A stretch of DNA of 64,000 nucleotides from Desulfobulbus sp. (GTDB lineage Bacteria; Desulfobacterota; Desulfobulbia; Desulfobulbales; Desulfobulbaceae): NCBI GenBank assembly GCA_009778955.1, contig WRFD01000001.1, forward strand, positions 2,105 to 66,104, read 5' to 3'. A program made the position numbers and the translations under genes. The first letter of the stretch is position 1. Every line of letters starts with the position of its first letter. Below are positions 46,507 to 55,788 of this stretch, piece after piece. A model generated the notes under the pieces. That model made no database searches, was not told where the DNA came from, and was given only the letters and a program-made list of their open reading frames with translations.

Positions 46507-47274
46507 ATGATTCCCGACAAACAACGCATCAAGCTCAGGTTCGAGCAGGCGGCGGCGACCTACGAGCAGCAGGCGACGGTGCAATCGCGGGTGGCGACGC
46601 GGCTGCTCAAGCTGCTGGCAGCGACCGTTGCCGGCTTCCGGCCCGCCGATGTTCTGGAGATCGGTTGCTGTACCGGGCTGCTGACCGAAAAGACTCTGAC
46701 CCGCTTTCCGGGCATCGACCATTTCACCTTGTGCGACCTAGTCGCCTCCTTTGAACAGCGAGTTTGCCGGCGGATAGACACCCATGTTGAAAAAATCACC
46801 TTCCTGGCCGGCGACATCGAAATCCTGCCGCTTCCCGACCGCTACGATCTGGTGATCTCCTCTTCGACACTGCATTGGGTGCATGACCTGCCCATCCTGT
46901 GCGACAAGCTGCACCGGCACATCTATCCCGAAGGCGTGTTCGCTTTTTCCCTGTACGGCAAGGAGAACCTGCACGAGATTCGTGAAGTCGCTGGTATGGG
47001 GTTGGCCTACCGCAGCCTGGAGCAACTGAAGAACGTGGTCGGAGAGCGGTTCCGGATTCTGGCCGCCGAGGAGGCGCGGGAAACCCTGTGGTACCCGACC
47101 CCGATCGCAGTGCTCCAACACCTCAGGGCCACCGGCGTCAACTCGATCGGCCAGCAGGCGTGGACCCGGCGCCAAGTTACGGACTTTGTCGCCCGTTACC
47201 AGGAACGATTTGCCGGGGAACAGGGCGTCCGCCTTACCTATCATCCCATGTTCATAGTGGCCCAACCCCGGTGA
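46507..47274 (+). CDS. bioC: Malonyl-ACP O-methyltransferase
   Basis: RFEQAAATYEQQATVQ, SAM motif VLEIGCCTG, and adjacency to bioD. The alternative start at 46480 is the track ORF. Confidence 0.8.
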   Translation: MIPDKQRIKLRFEQAAATYEQQATVQSRVATRLLKLLAATVAGFRPADVLEIGCCTGLLTEKTLTRFPGIDHFTLCDLVASFEQRVCRRIDTHVEKITFLAGDIEILPLPDRYDLVISSSTLHWVHDLPILCDKLHRHIYPEGVFAFSLYGKENLHEIREVAGMGLAYRSLEQLKNVVGERFRILAAEEARETLWYPTPIAVLQHLRATGVNSIGQQAWTRRQVTDFVARYQERFAGEQGVRLTYHPMFIVAQPR

Positions 47275-47316
47275 ACATGGGATGGACACCCAAGGAGCAG
47301 CCAGTTTGAGGAGAAC

Positions 47317-48009
47317 ATGACCATACCGCATCGCACCATCGCTGTGGGCGGCATCGACACCGATGTCGGTAAATCCTATGTCACTGGACTACTGGCCCGC
47401 CACCTTGTCCAGCAGGGGCACTCGGTTACGACGCTTAAGCTTGTCCAGACCGGCTGCAGCGAAATGTCGGACGATATCATCCTGCATCGCCGACTGATGG
47501 ACCAGCCGCTCTCCGAATTCGACCGCAACAAAACCACCTGTCCCTATCTCTTTCCCTTTCCCGCGTCCCCCAGGCTGGCGGCGAGACTGACCGGAACCGC
47601 CATCGACATAGGGGTGCTGGACCAGGCGGCGGCCACCTTACAGAACCATTTCGACTGGCTGCTGGTGGAAGGGGCAGGTGGGTTGATGGTGCCGCTCAAT
47701 GACCAATGGCGGCTCCTTGATTACTATGCCGCCCGCCGGTTTCCGCTGGTGTTGGTCACATCCCCCCGCCTGGGTTCGATCAACCACACCCGCCTCAGTT
47801 TGGAAGCTATCAAGGCCCGGGGCATTTGCCTGTTGGGCACGGTCTACAACGTGTTCGGCAATCACCCCAGAGAGATCGTGCAGGATACGCTGGCGGAGAT
47901 CCGCCAGGCCCTGGCCGATTACGGACTGGCCGAGATCGTGGTGATCGTCCCCGACATCCAGGAAAGCAAGGCGGCCGGCTGGGCGCCTCTGCTGGCATCC
48001 TTGGGCTGA
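47317..48009 (+). CDS. bioD: Dethiobiotin synthase
   Basis: GGIDTDVGKSYVTGLL P-loop and LVEGAGGLMVPL. Confidence 0.9.
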   Translation: MTIPHRTIAVGGIDTDVGKSYVTGLLARHLVQQGHSVTTLKLVQTGCSEMSDDIILHRRLMDQPLSEFDRNKTTCPYLFPFPASPRLAARLTGTAIDIGVLDQAAATLQNHFDWLLVEGAGGLMVPLNDQWRLLDYYAARRFPLVLVTSPRLGSINHTRLSLEAIKARGICLLGTVYNVFGNHPREIVQDTLAEIRQALADYGLAEIVVIVPDIQESKAAGWAPLLASLG

Positions 48010-48266
48010 TTTCTTGCTGTATGCCGCGTCGCGCCCACCGCTTTTTCCTCCATCAGCCGCCCGTTGCGGGCTTCGGTAGAGCGGCCGTGACCTTCCGGTT
48101 TCGGACTCGCCTGGCCCTTCCGTCGCCCTGACCAGGCGGTGCGTACGCATTTTTTTTGTTGCTTGCCTCCCCTTGCTGTCCATCATTGCCTCGTCAGGGC
48201 CGAGCCAGGCCAATTGCATCCGCCCGTTTGCCGGGCGTTGACCCTAAAAGGCGAAAATTGGGAAAA

Positions 48267-48289
48267 TGTGCTGTGCAAATTGTGCAAAT
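48267..48289 (+). promoter_or_regulatory. TGTGC direct-repeat cluster 1 in the hdrA leader
   Basis: TGTGC begins at 48267, 48272 and 48281 (TGTGCTGTGCAAATTGTGCAAAT). Confidence 0.3.
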
Positions 48290-48453
48290 ATAAAGGTGAA
48301 TAATGGGCAAGTAAAAATGAGCCCCTGGTCGGGTTCCGATTCTTTGGTTCGCTGGCGACGGATTAAAATTATCAAAATTACCTAAGGGATACGATAGGAA
48401 CTTCGATAAATCCACAGGGATTTTCGATGGACAAGGCGAGGGGCAGAAATGGA

Positions 48454-48480
48454 TGTGCAATTGTGCGAATTGTGCTAAAT
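48454..48480 (+). promoter_or_regulatory. TGTGC direct-repeat cluster 2 in the hdrA leader
   Basis: TGTGC begins at 48454, 48462 and 48471 (TGTGCAATTGTGCGAATTGTGCTAAAT), spacing 8 and 9 nt. Confidence 0.3.
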
Positions 48481-48623
48481 AAGAAAAAAGTTGCGCGGGA
48501 TTTTGTTCTCTTCTACAAAGTCTATGCAATCCGGTTGCCTGAAAGTTGGCCAGCACAATAGGTGCAAAACAGAGGTGTCAGAAGGATTTTCGCCCGCACG
48601 GTCTGGGCGCGGAATCGTAGCAT

Positions 48624-48651
48624 GTGGCCGTTTGTGCAACCTTTGTGAGAT
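48624..48651 (+). promoter_or_regulatory. TGTG repeat cluster 3 just upstream of the hdrA RBS
   Basis: TGTGG at 48624, TGTGC at 48633, TGTGA at 48644. The hdrA ATG is at 48678. Confidence 0.25.
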
Positions 48652-48677
48652 TCAACACCCTGAAAAAGGAGGCTTGT

Positions 48678-50687
48678 ATGGCGAAAGTCGGTGTGTATGT
48701 CTGTCACTGCGGTACGAACATTGCTGGCGTCATCGACGTGTCGGCGCTCCGCGATTTTGCGGAAACGCTGCCCGATGTCGTGATCGCCCGCAAAGATCTG
48801 TTTATGTGCTCGGACTCCGGGCAGGAAATGGTCAAGAAGGACGTCATCGATGGCCTGGTTGACCGGGTGGTGGTGGCCGCCTGTACGCCCCGCACTCATG
48901 AGCCGATTTTCCGGGCTGCCATCGAGAAGGCGGGGTTGAACAAGTATTTGTTCGAAATGGCCAATATCCGCGATCAGGGCAGTTGGGTGCATGGCCACGA
49001 TCACGACGGGGCCACGGAAAAGGCCAAAAAAATCGTGGCGTCGGCCGTGGGCAAGGCCCGCAACCTTGAGCCGCTGGAAGACAAATTCGTGCCGGTCACC
49101 GACGCGGCCCTGGTGATCGGCGCCGGCATCGGCGGCATCAGTGCCGCGCTTGAACTGGCCAAAATGGGACACAAGACCTATCTGGTTGAGAAACGCCCCT
49201 CCATCGGTGGGACCATGGCCCAATTGGACAAGACCTTTCCCACCAATGACTGCTCGGCCTGCATCCTCACCCCGATGATGGTCGAAGCATACAATCACCC
49301 CAACATCGAAACCCTGACCTACTCCGAAGTGGATGATGTCAGCGGATACATCGGCAATTTTACGGTCAAAATCAGACAGAAGCAGACCTATGTCGATTGG
49401 TCGCGATGCACCGGCTGCGGTGATTGCGCCAGCAAGTGTCCTGCCAAGGTGTCGGACGAGTTCAACATGGGCTTATCCGACCGGCGCGCCGCCTACATCA
49501 TGTTTCCTCAGGCCGTGCCCAAGAAGGCGGTGGTCGACATTGAGCACTGTTTAAACTGCGCCGACCGGAAAATCGGCACCCTGCCCAAGATCAACGAAAA
49601 GACCGGGCGTCCTATCCTGGCCCCCTGCGAGCGGGCCTGTCAGGCTGAGGCCATTAACCGGTCCGTGGCCTACAACCCGGAAGGCGCGGTCAGGGAGGTG
49701 GAAGTCGGCTCGATCGTCGTCGCCACCGGCTACCAGGTCATGGACAAAGGCTGGTTCAAGGAGATGGCCCCGGATTCACCCAACGTGATCACCGCGCTGC
49801 AACTGGAACGGATCATCTCCGCCACAGGTCCCACCGAAGGCAAGTTGCTGCGGCCCTCGGACAAGGAGAAGCCGCACACCATCACCTTTGTCTCCTGCAT
49901 GGGATCGCGGGACGAAAACTTCCACACCTACTGTTCACGCTTCTGCTGCATGTACATGATCAAGCAGGCCCGACTGATCAAGGAGAAATATCCGGACATC
50001 GCGATCAACATGCATTTTATCGATGTCCGTTCGGCCGGCAAGGGGTACGACGAGTACTACACCGGCGCCCGCAAGATGGGAATCAACTTTTTCAAAGGCA
50101 AGGTCGGCGGCTTGGAAATACTGCCCGACGACCGTCTCCGGGTCTTGGCCTACGACATGGAATCGGCCGTCAACGTCGAATACGAGTCGGATCTGGTGGT
50201 CCTGGCCACAGCGGTTGAACTGCCGCAGGATGCCACCACCCTGGCCCAGAAGCTGGGCTTGCAGTTCTGCGGCGCCAACTTTTTCCGCGAACTGCATCCG
50301 AAACTGGGACCTGTGGAGACCGCCACCGAAGGGCTGTTTCTGGCCGGCTGCTGTCAGGGGCCCAAGGACATACCGGACACCGTGTCCCAGGCCAAAGGTG
50401 CGGCTGCTGCGGCTGCCGTGCCGCTGGCCCAGGGCAAGGTCAGGATCGAGCCGATCATTTCCGAGGTCCACGCCGAGGTGTGCAGCGGTTGCGGCATCTG
50501 TATTCCGCTCTGTCCGTACCATGCCATCAGTATGAGCACCTATGCCGACCGACCCAGGGCTCAGATCGAAATGTCGGCCTGCAAGGGCTGTGGTGTCTGC
50601 ACATCGGCCTGTCCATCGGGGGCTATTGTCCTCCACGGTTACGACGAATCGCAGATCTTCGCCCAGATCGAGGCTCTGACAGCCTAA
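48678..50687 (+). CDS. hdrA: Heterodisulfide reductase subunit A-like FAD/FeS protein
   Basis: AAAGGAGG RBS. VGVYVCHCGTNIAG N-terminal domain, FAD motif VIGAGIGGISAAL, inserted ferredoxin CTGCGDCASKCP, and C-terminal 2x[4Fe-4S] CSGCGICIPLCP / CKGCGVCTSACP. Confidence 0.9.
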   Translation: MAKVGVYVCHCGTNIAGVIDVSALRDFAETLPDVVIARKDLFMCSDSGQEMVKKDVIDGLVDRVVVAACTPRTHEPIFRAAIEKAGLNKYLFEMANIRDQGSWVHGHDHDGATEKAKKIVASAVGKARNLEPLEDKFVPVTDAALVIGAGIGGISAALELAKMGHKTYLVEKRPSIGGTMAQLDKTFPTNDCSACILTPMMVEAYNHPNIETLTYSEVDDVSGYIGNFTVKIRQKQTYVDWSRCTGCGDCASKCPAKVSDEFNMGLSDRRAAYIMFPQAVPKKAVVDIEHCLNCADRKIGTLPKINEKTGRPILAPCERACQAEAINRSVAYNPEGAVREVEVGSIVVATGYQVMDKGWFKEMAPDSPNVITALQLERIISATGPTEGKLLRPSDKEKPHTITFVSCMGSRDENFHTYCSRFCCMYMIKQARLIKEKYPDIAINMHFIDVRSAGKGYDEYYTGARKMGINFFKGKVGGLEILPDDRLRVLAYDMESAVNVEYESDLVVLATAVELPQDATTLAQKLGLQFCGANFFRELHPKLGPVETATEGLFLAGCCQGPKDIPDTVSQAKGAAAAAAVPLAQGKVRIEPIISEVHAEVCSGCGICIPLCPYHAISMSTYADRPRAQIEMSACKGCGVCTSACPSGAIVLHGYDESQIFAQIEALTA

Positions 50688-50700
50688 GGAGAACGCCAAC

Positions 50701-51204
50701 ATGCTTATCACTCAAGACAAAATCAATGAAGCCATCTCCACTATCATCGAACACGGTGGTCGTGGCATCCTCAACTGTGTCCAGTGCGGCGCCTGTTCGG
50801 CGATCTGCCCCGGGGTCCGCGCTGGCTTCCCCTTGCTCTGCCGCAATCTGATCCGTCATCTGCTCAACGGACAGCTGGAAGAAATCATCGAGGATTCCTC
50901 AAGCTGGGCATGCCAGGCTTGTTGCCGCTGCACCGAAGTGTGTCCCCAAGGGGTGAGGCCGCAGGAGGTGGTGTTCGCCTTTCGCCGTTACCAGGCCAAT
51001 CAACTCGCCTTTTCCACCTCGTCGGTCACCAGCCAGATGAATCTGTTCGAGACCGGCCATGCCGTTTATGTTGATCCGAAAGAGGCGAGAAGGATGGTTG
51101 GGTTGCCGGAAAAAACACCGACCTCGGCTTTTGACGAGCGGGCCAAGCAGGAAATCCAGACACTGATCAACAACAGCCCCATGGGCCAGTTGGGTCTTTT
51201 CTAA
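50701..51204 (+). CDS. hdrC: Heterodisulfide reductase subunit C-like
   Basis: 167 aa with CVQCGACSAICP and CQACCRCTEVCP. Confidence 0.85.
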   Translation: MLITQDKINEAISTIIEHGGRGILNCVQCGACSAICPGVRAGFPLLCRNLIRHLLNGQLEEIIEDSSSWACQACCRCTEVCPQGVRPQEVVFAFRRYQANQLAFSTSSVTSQMNLFETGHAVYVDPKEARRMVGLPEKTPTSAFDERAKQEIQTLINNSPMGQLGLF

Positions 51205-51216
51205 GGAGGGGCCTTT

Positions 51217-52134
51217 ATGGAAAAAATAGGCTTATATCTCGGATGTAACATCCCGCTCAAGGCGCCGGACATTGAACAATCGTTTCGTAAGGTCTTCCCG
51301 GCCTTGGGCATCGAACCAGTGGATCTACAGGGAGCTTCCTGCTGTCCGTCTTGGGGCACGGCGCCTTCGTTCGATCTCAACACCTGGTGCGCCATCTCTA
51401 GCCGCAACATCGTCATTGCCGAAGACCAGGGCGTGGACATCATGACCGGCTGTAACTCCTGCTTTGGCATCCTGTCGGAGGCCAAACATTTCTTGGAGGA
51501 CACAGCCCGACGTAAATCGGTCAACGAACAGTTGAAGGCAATCGGTCGGGAATTCAAGGGAACCTCGGACATCTACCATATTTCCCATGTTCTCCACCGT
51601 AAGGTCGGAGTCCAGAAGATACGGGAAAAGCTGAAATATTCCCTCGACGGCCTGAAAATCGCGGTCCAGCCCGGCTGTCACTCCCTCTGGCCTACAGAGG
51701 TTTTCAAAATCACAGAGGACAATCCTTACCAGCCGACCATCCTCCGCGAACTGTGCGAGGCGACAGGAGCCACGGTCCCCCATTATTCGCGCCTGGAAGG
51801 CTGTTGCGGCATGGGCGGACTGCGGTCCACCGACATGGAAAAATCGCTCAAACTTTTTAGGGACAAGCTGATCTCGATGAAGGAGGAGGCCGATGCCGAC
51901 ATGATCGTCACCACCTGCTCTTCCTGTTACCTCCAGTTCGACATGTCCCAGCCGCTCCTCAAGGAGCGAGGATTGATTGATTTCGACCCGATCCCGACCT
52001 TCTACTACACCCAGGTGCTCGCCCTGGCCATGGGATTTGATCCCAGCCAGGTGGCCGCGATTTCGCAAATCGACCGTAGAGCGATCATCGGCGAGATGCA
52101 AAGCGAAAAACGTCTGATCAAGGAGGTGGCCTGA
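51217..52134 (+). CDS. hdrB: Heterodisulfide reductase subunit B-like (two CCG domains)
   Basis: Two Cys-rich CCG-type repeats (GASCCPSWG ... CNSCF and GCCGMGG ... CSSCY). Confidence 0.85.
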   Translation: MEKIGLYLGCNIPLKAPDIEQSFRKVFPALGIEPVDLQGASCCPSWGTAPSFDLNTWCAISSRNIVIAEDQGVDIMTGCNSCFGILSEAKHFLEDTARRKSVNEQLKAIGREFKGTSDIYHISHVLHRKVGVQKIREKLKYSLDGLKIAVQPGCHSLWPTEVFKITEDNPYQPTILRELCEATGATVPHYSRLEGCCGMGGLRSTDMEKSLKLFRDKLISMKEEADADMIVTTCSSCYLQFDMSQPLLKERGLIDFDPIPTFYYTQVLALAMGFDPSQVAAISQIDRRAIIGEMQSEKRLIKEVA

Positions 52135-52559
52135 TGTCCTTCACACCCAATATCGTCGGTTTTGCCTGCCAGTGGTGCACCTATGCCGGTGCCGATCTCG
52201 CCGGCAACCTGCGCGCCAAATATCCGCCCTCGATCAAGCTGATTAAGGTTCCCTGCTCCGGACGGGTCGAACCGGAATTTATCTTGGAGGCCTTTGCCAA
52301 CGGCGCCGACGGCGTTCTGGTTGGCGGCTGCCATTTCGGCGACTGTCATTACAAGAGCGGCAACCACAAAACCGCCAACCGGATGAAAGTTCTGGCGCAA
52401 CTGCTGGAAGATTCCGGTTTTGACCGTAACCGGTTCCGCCTGGAATGGATTTCCGGCGCCGAGGGCTACCGGTTTGCCGAGGTGATCGAGGAGTTCACCA
52501 AGGAACTGCAGGAATTGGGTCCCAATCCGCTCAAAGGAGGACATGACCATGGCAGATAA
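52134..52559 (+). CDS. mvhD: Methyl-viologen-reducing hydrogenase delta subunit
   Basis: IVGFACQWCTYAGADLAG ... VPCSGRV ... GADGVLVGGCHFGDCHY is the MvhD/FlpD signature. ATGA overlap with hdrB. Confidence 0.9.
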   Translation: MSFTPNIVGFACQWCTYAGADLAGNLRAKYPPSIKLIKVPCSGRVEPEFILEAFANGADGVLVGGCHFGDCHYKSGNHKTANRMKVLAQLLEDSGFDRNRFRLEWISGAEGYRFAEVIEEFTKELQELGPNPLKGGHDHGR

Positions 52560-53535
52560 ACTGAAAACCGCCTTTCTGCTCGCCGGCGGCTGTGCCGGCT
52601 GCGAAATGAGCGTCGTCGATCTTTCCGAGGCCCTGGTTGATGCCTTGGATGCGCTCGAAATCGTCTTCTGGGCCCCGACCGTGGCCGACGTCAAGTACAA
52701 GGACCTGGAAGCCATGCCCGATAAAAGCATCGACCTGGCCTTTGTCGACGGCATGATCCGTAACACCGAGAACCTGCACACTGTCAAGGTGTTGCGCCAG
52801 AAGTCGAAGGTGCTGGTGGCTTTCGGCGCTTGCGCCAGCCTGGGCGGTATCGCTGCCATGGGAGATCTGCACACCAAAGAGCAACTGTTCGAGAAGGCCT
52901 ACAAAAGCACTTTTTCCACCGACAACCCCGACGGCGTCTATCCTACCCCGGAATACATGCTCGACGGCAAATACAACCTGACCATCCCCGCCTTTCTCGA
53001 CAACTGCCTGACCATCGATCAGGCAGTGCCAGTGGAGTATTACATCGGTGGCTGTCCGCCCCATTATTCCTTTGTCGGCCAGTTGGTCGGCGCTATCCTG
53101 GCGGGCAACTTGCCGCCGGCAGGCTCCTGGCTGACCAGCGGCAAGGCGGTGTGCGACGTCTGCAAGCGCAACCCGGCGATCACCGGCCATGAACGGCTGC
53201 CGGTGGATGTGATCAAACGAACCGTAGACGACCGGCCCGATCCAAATGCATGCTTGCTCCAGCAGGGCTACATGTGCTTTGGTCCGGTGACTCAGGGTGA
53301 TTGCGGCGGCTCCTGCCTCAATGTCAACATTCCTTGTCGGGGTTGCGGCGGTCCGATTCCAGGCATCAAGGATTTCGGCGCCCGCTGCGTCTCCATGCTC
53401 GCCTCAAGTCTGGAGAACGAGGAGGTCGCGGCTCAGTTCATCGAGAAATACAACAACATGGCCAAATTGGTCTACCGGTATAGTCACACGGCCTCGAAGT
53501 TCAACCATCGCATAGCCGAACGCAAGGAGTACTAG
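52543..53535 (+). CDS. mvhG: [NiFe] hydrogenase small subunit, cytoplasmic group-3c (MvhG-like)
   Basis: LAGGCAGCEMS proximal-cluster motif, no Tat signal, C-terminal Cys clusters (CDVC...C, CGGSC...PCRGCGGP). Confidence 0.85.
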   Translation: MTMADKLKTAFLLAGGCAGCEMSVVDLSEALVDALDALEIVFWAPTVADVKYKDLEAMPDKSIDLAFVDGMIRNTENLHTVKVLRQKSKVLVAFGACASLGGIAAMGDLHTKEQLFEKAYKSTFSTDNPDGVYPTPEYMLDGKYNLTIPAFLDNCLTIDQAVPVEYYIGGCPPHYSFVGQLVGAILAGNLPPAGSWLTSGKAVCDVCKRNPAITGHERLPVDVIKRTVDDRPDPNACLLQQGYMCFGPVTQGDCGGSCLNVNIPCRGCGGPIPGIKDFGARCVSMLASSLENEEVAAQFIEKYNNMAKLVYRYSHTASKFNHRIAERKEY

Positions 53536-53663
53536 TACGTCAGGATGTCGAGACGAACAACCGGGGAGGTCTGTTTATGGGTATCTTTGAAGCGCTAAAG
53601 AATAAACTCGGTTTTGGCCCGGTTGGCGCCAAGGTTCCGGTTACGACTGCAAGGAGCATCTCT

Positions 53664-55130
53664 ATGAAGAAAATCGAAATCAATCCGATGACCCGTCTTG
53701 AGGGACATGGCAAGATCGCCATCTTCCTCGACGATAACGGCAATGTCGACGATGCCTTTTTCCAGACCGTCGAATTCCGGGGATATGAAAAGTTCCTCCA
53801 GGGTATGCCCATGGAGGAGGTGCCCCGGACAGTGTCAACGGTCTGCGGCGTCTGTCGTGGTGTCCATTTCACCGCTGCAATGAAGGCTTCGGACGGCGTC
53901 TTCGGCGTCACCCCGACGTCGGCCGGCCGTAAGCTGCGCGAACTCTATTTCAGCTCCCACTATGTCGAAGACCATACAGTCATCCTCTATGCCCTCGCTT
54001 TTCCCGATTTCGTGGTGGGGCCGGAGGCCAATCCGGCCGAGCGTAACGTGGTCGGCCTGATCAATGCGGTGGGGGCTGCAACCGGCAAGGAAGTCCTACG
54101 GCGCCGCAGCCTGGCGGTCAAGATCTTCGAGCTGCTGGGCGGTAAGCCCAGCCATCCGGTGGCAGCTCTCCCCGGCGGCTGGTCCAAACAACTGACTGAA
54201 GAGGAGCGCAAGCAGATTGAGGCCTGGTCAGAAGAATTGGTGGGGCTGGGCGAACTGACCCTCAAGGTGTTTGACGACGTGGTGCTGAAAAACGACAAGT
54301 ACATGCAACTGGTCACCGGAGACATGTACAAGGTCGAGGTCGGCTATATGGGTTCGGTAAACGATCAGGGCCAGGTCGCCTACTACGACGGCACTCAGAA
54401 AGTGATCGACAGTGCGGGAAAAGTGGTCGGTACTTTTAAGGGCAAAGAGTACCTCGATTTCATCTCTGAGCGGGTTCTGCCTTGGAGCTATCTTAAGTTC
54501 CCGTATCAGAAGAAGCTCGGCGCCTGGAAGGGCATCGTCGAAGGACCGGGCACCAATATCTATGCCGTTGGTCCGCTGGCCAGGATGAACATTGCTCAAG
54601 GTATGGACACGCCCAAGGCGCAGGCGCATTTTGAAAGATTCCACGCCACCTTCGGCGCCAGGCCGGTGCATCACATCCTCGCCTATCACTGGGCCCGGGC
54701 TATCGAGTTGCTCAATGCCGCCGAGAAATGCTTGGCACTTTCCCGCGATCCGGAGATCACCAGCAAGGATATCTGGAACAAGCCGACCTCGTGTCCGGGC
54801 GAGGGAGTGGGCATCATTGAGGCATCGCGCGGCACCTTGATCCACCATTACGTGACCGATAGCAAGGGTATCGTCACCGACGCCAACCTGATTGTGTCCA
54901 CCACGCACAACAACGCCCCGATCAACCTGGCGGTGAAGAAGGCGGCCAAGCATTTCATCAAGAACGGTGAAGTCTCCCAAGGTATGCTCAACTACGTCGA
55001 GATGGCCTTCCGGCCCTACGATCTTTGCCTGGCTTGCGCTACCCACACTGTGAATGGCGGCCAGTCGCCGCTGGAGGTCGAGATTTTTGATAGTAACGGT
55101 GGGCTGTACAAAACCTTGAAAAATTTTTAA
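53664..55130 (+). CDS. mvhA: [NiFe] hydrogenase large subunit, group-3c (MvhA-like)
   Basis: AAGGAG RBS. RLEGHG, N-terminal Ni-binding VCGVC, C-terminal DLCLACATH followed by a 27-aa tail expected to be removed by the protease. Confidence 0.9.
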   Translation: MKKIEINPMTRLEGHGKIAIFLDDNGNVDDAFFQTVEFRGYEKFLQGMPMEEVPRTVSTVCGVCRGVHFTAAMKASDGVFGVTPTSAGRKLRELYFSSHYVEDHTVILYALAFPDFVVGPEANPAERNVVGLINAVGAATGKEVLRRRSLAVKIFELLGGKPSHPVAALPGGWSKQLTEEERKQIEAWSEELVGLGELTLKVFDDVVLKNDKYMQLVTGDMYKVEVGYMGSVNDQGQVAYYDGTQKVIDSAGKVVGTFKGKEYLDFISERVLPWSYLKFPYQKKLGAWKGIVEGPGTNIYAVGPLARMNIAQGMDTPKAQAHFERFHATFGARPVHHILAYHWARAIELLNAAEKCLALSRDPEITSKDIWNKPTSCPGEGVGIIEASRGTLIHHYVTDSKGIVTDANLIVSTTHNNAPINLAVKKAAKHFIKNGEVSQGMLNYVEMAFRPYDLCLACATHTVNGGQSPLEVEIFDSNGGLYKTLKNF

Positions 55131-55279
55131 GGTGGTGAACGGAGAGTTTGGTCACCATTAGGCCCGTGGTTCATCACGGAGGACTGGTGGCGGCCTGACT
55201 TATCCCCCTCTGTTTCACTCCCCGGGGCCGGAAGGGGTTTTTGCCTCTTCCGGCCCTTTCCTTTGGCAACAGGGCTGAC

Positions 55280-55744
55280 ATGAAGACAAAATGCGTGGTG
55301 ATCGGTATCGGTAATCCGTATCTTCAGGACGATCGCGCCGGTGTGGTGGTGGCCGAACAGTTGGAACGGGATGGGTTGGCTTGTCAGATCGAAGTGGTCC
55401 ATACCGTCGGTCTTGAGGTGATGGACAAGGTTCAGGGCTTCGAACGGGCGATCATAGTCGATGCCTGCAAGTTGGGCAATGCGCCGGGTTCCATCCTTGA
55501 AGTGACCATGGACGACATCTTCACCACCCATGCCCTGGTCAACTCGCACGCCATTACCTTGGGCACCACCCTGAAAACAGGCTATGTCTGTTTTCCCGAG
55601 GAGATGCCCTCCGAGATCCGCATCCTGCTGATCGAGGTCAAGGAAATTAAGGAATTCACCCAGCAGATGTCGCCCGAGGTCGAACGGGCGGTGGCCGAGG
55701 TGGTCGAGCGGATCAAGGGCATGGTGGGGGCGATGGCGACCTGA
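55280..55744 (+). CDS. Hydrogenase maturation endopeptidase (HycI/FrhD-like)
   Basis: VIGIGNPYLQDDRAG ... IIVDA ... NSHA pattern of the hydrogenase C-terminal protease family. Confidence 0.85.
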   Translation: MKTKCVVIGIGNPYLQDDRAGVVVAEQLERDGLACQIEVVHTVGLEVMDKVQGFERAIIVDACKLGNAPGSILEVTMDDIFTTHALVNSHAITLGTTLKTGYVCFPEEMPSEIRILLIEVKEIKEFTQQMSPEVERAVAEVVERIKGMVGAMAT

Positions 55745-55788
55745 ACAGCCCTGGCCGCCGGACCGTAGTCCTTTGCCAGCTGTCTCTC

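Noticed and set aside
48546-48640. Sigma54 promoter (TGGCAC-N5-TTGC) in the hdrA leader, for example TGGCCAGCACAATAGGTGCA and TGGCCGTTTGTGCAAC.
   Set aside because: The GG-to-GC spacing is 16 and 10 nt respectively instead of the required 12, so neither fits the -24/-12 geometry.
48631-48656. Rex-type operator (TTGTGAA-N4-TTCACAA) at TTTGTGCAACCTTTGTGAGATTCAACA.
   Set aside because: Only one half-site resembles the consensus and the spacing is wrong. The repeats are direct rather than inverted.
55220-55262. Hairpin GGCCGGAAG...CTTCCGGCC between mvhA and the protease gene as a terminator.
   Set aside because: No U-tract follows, and the protease gene functionally belongs to the operon. It is more likely an mRNA-stability or processing element, and I cannot support a call.
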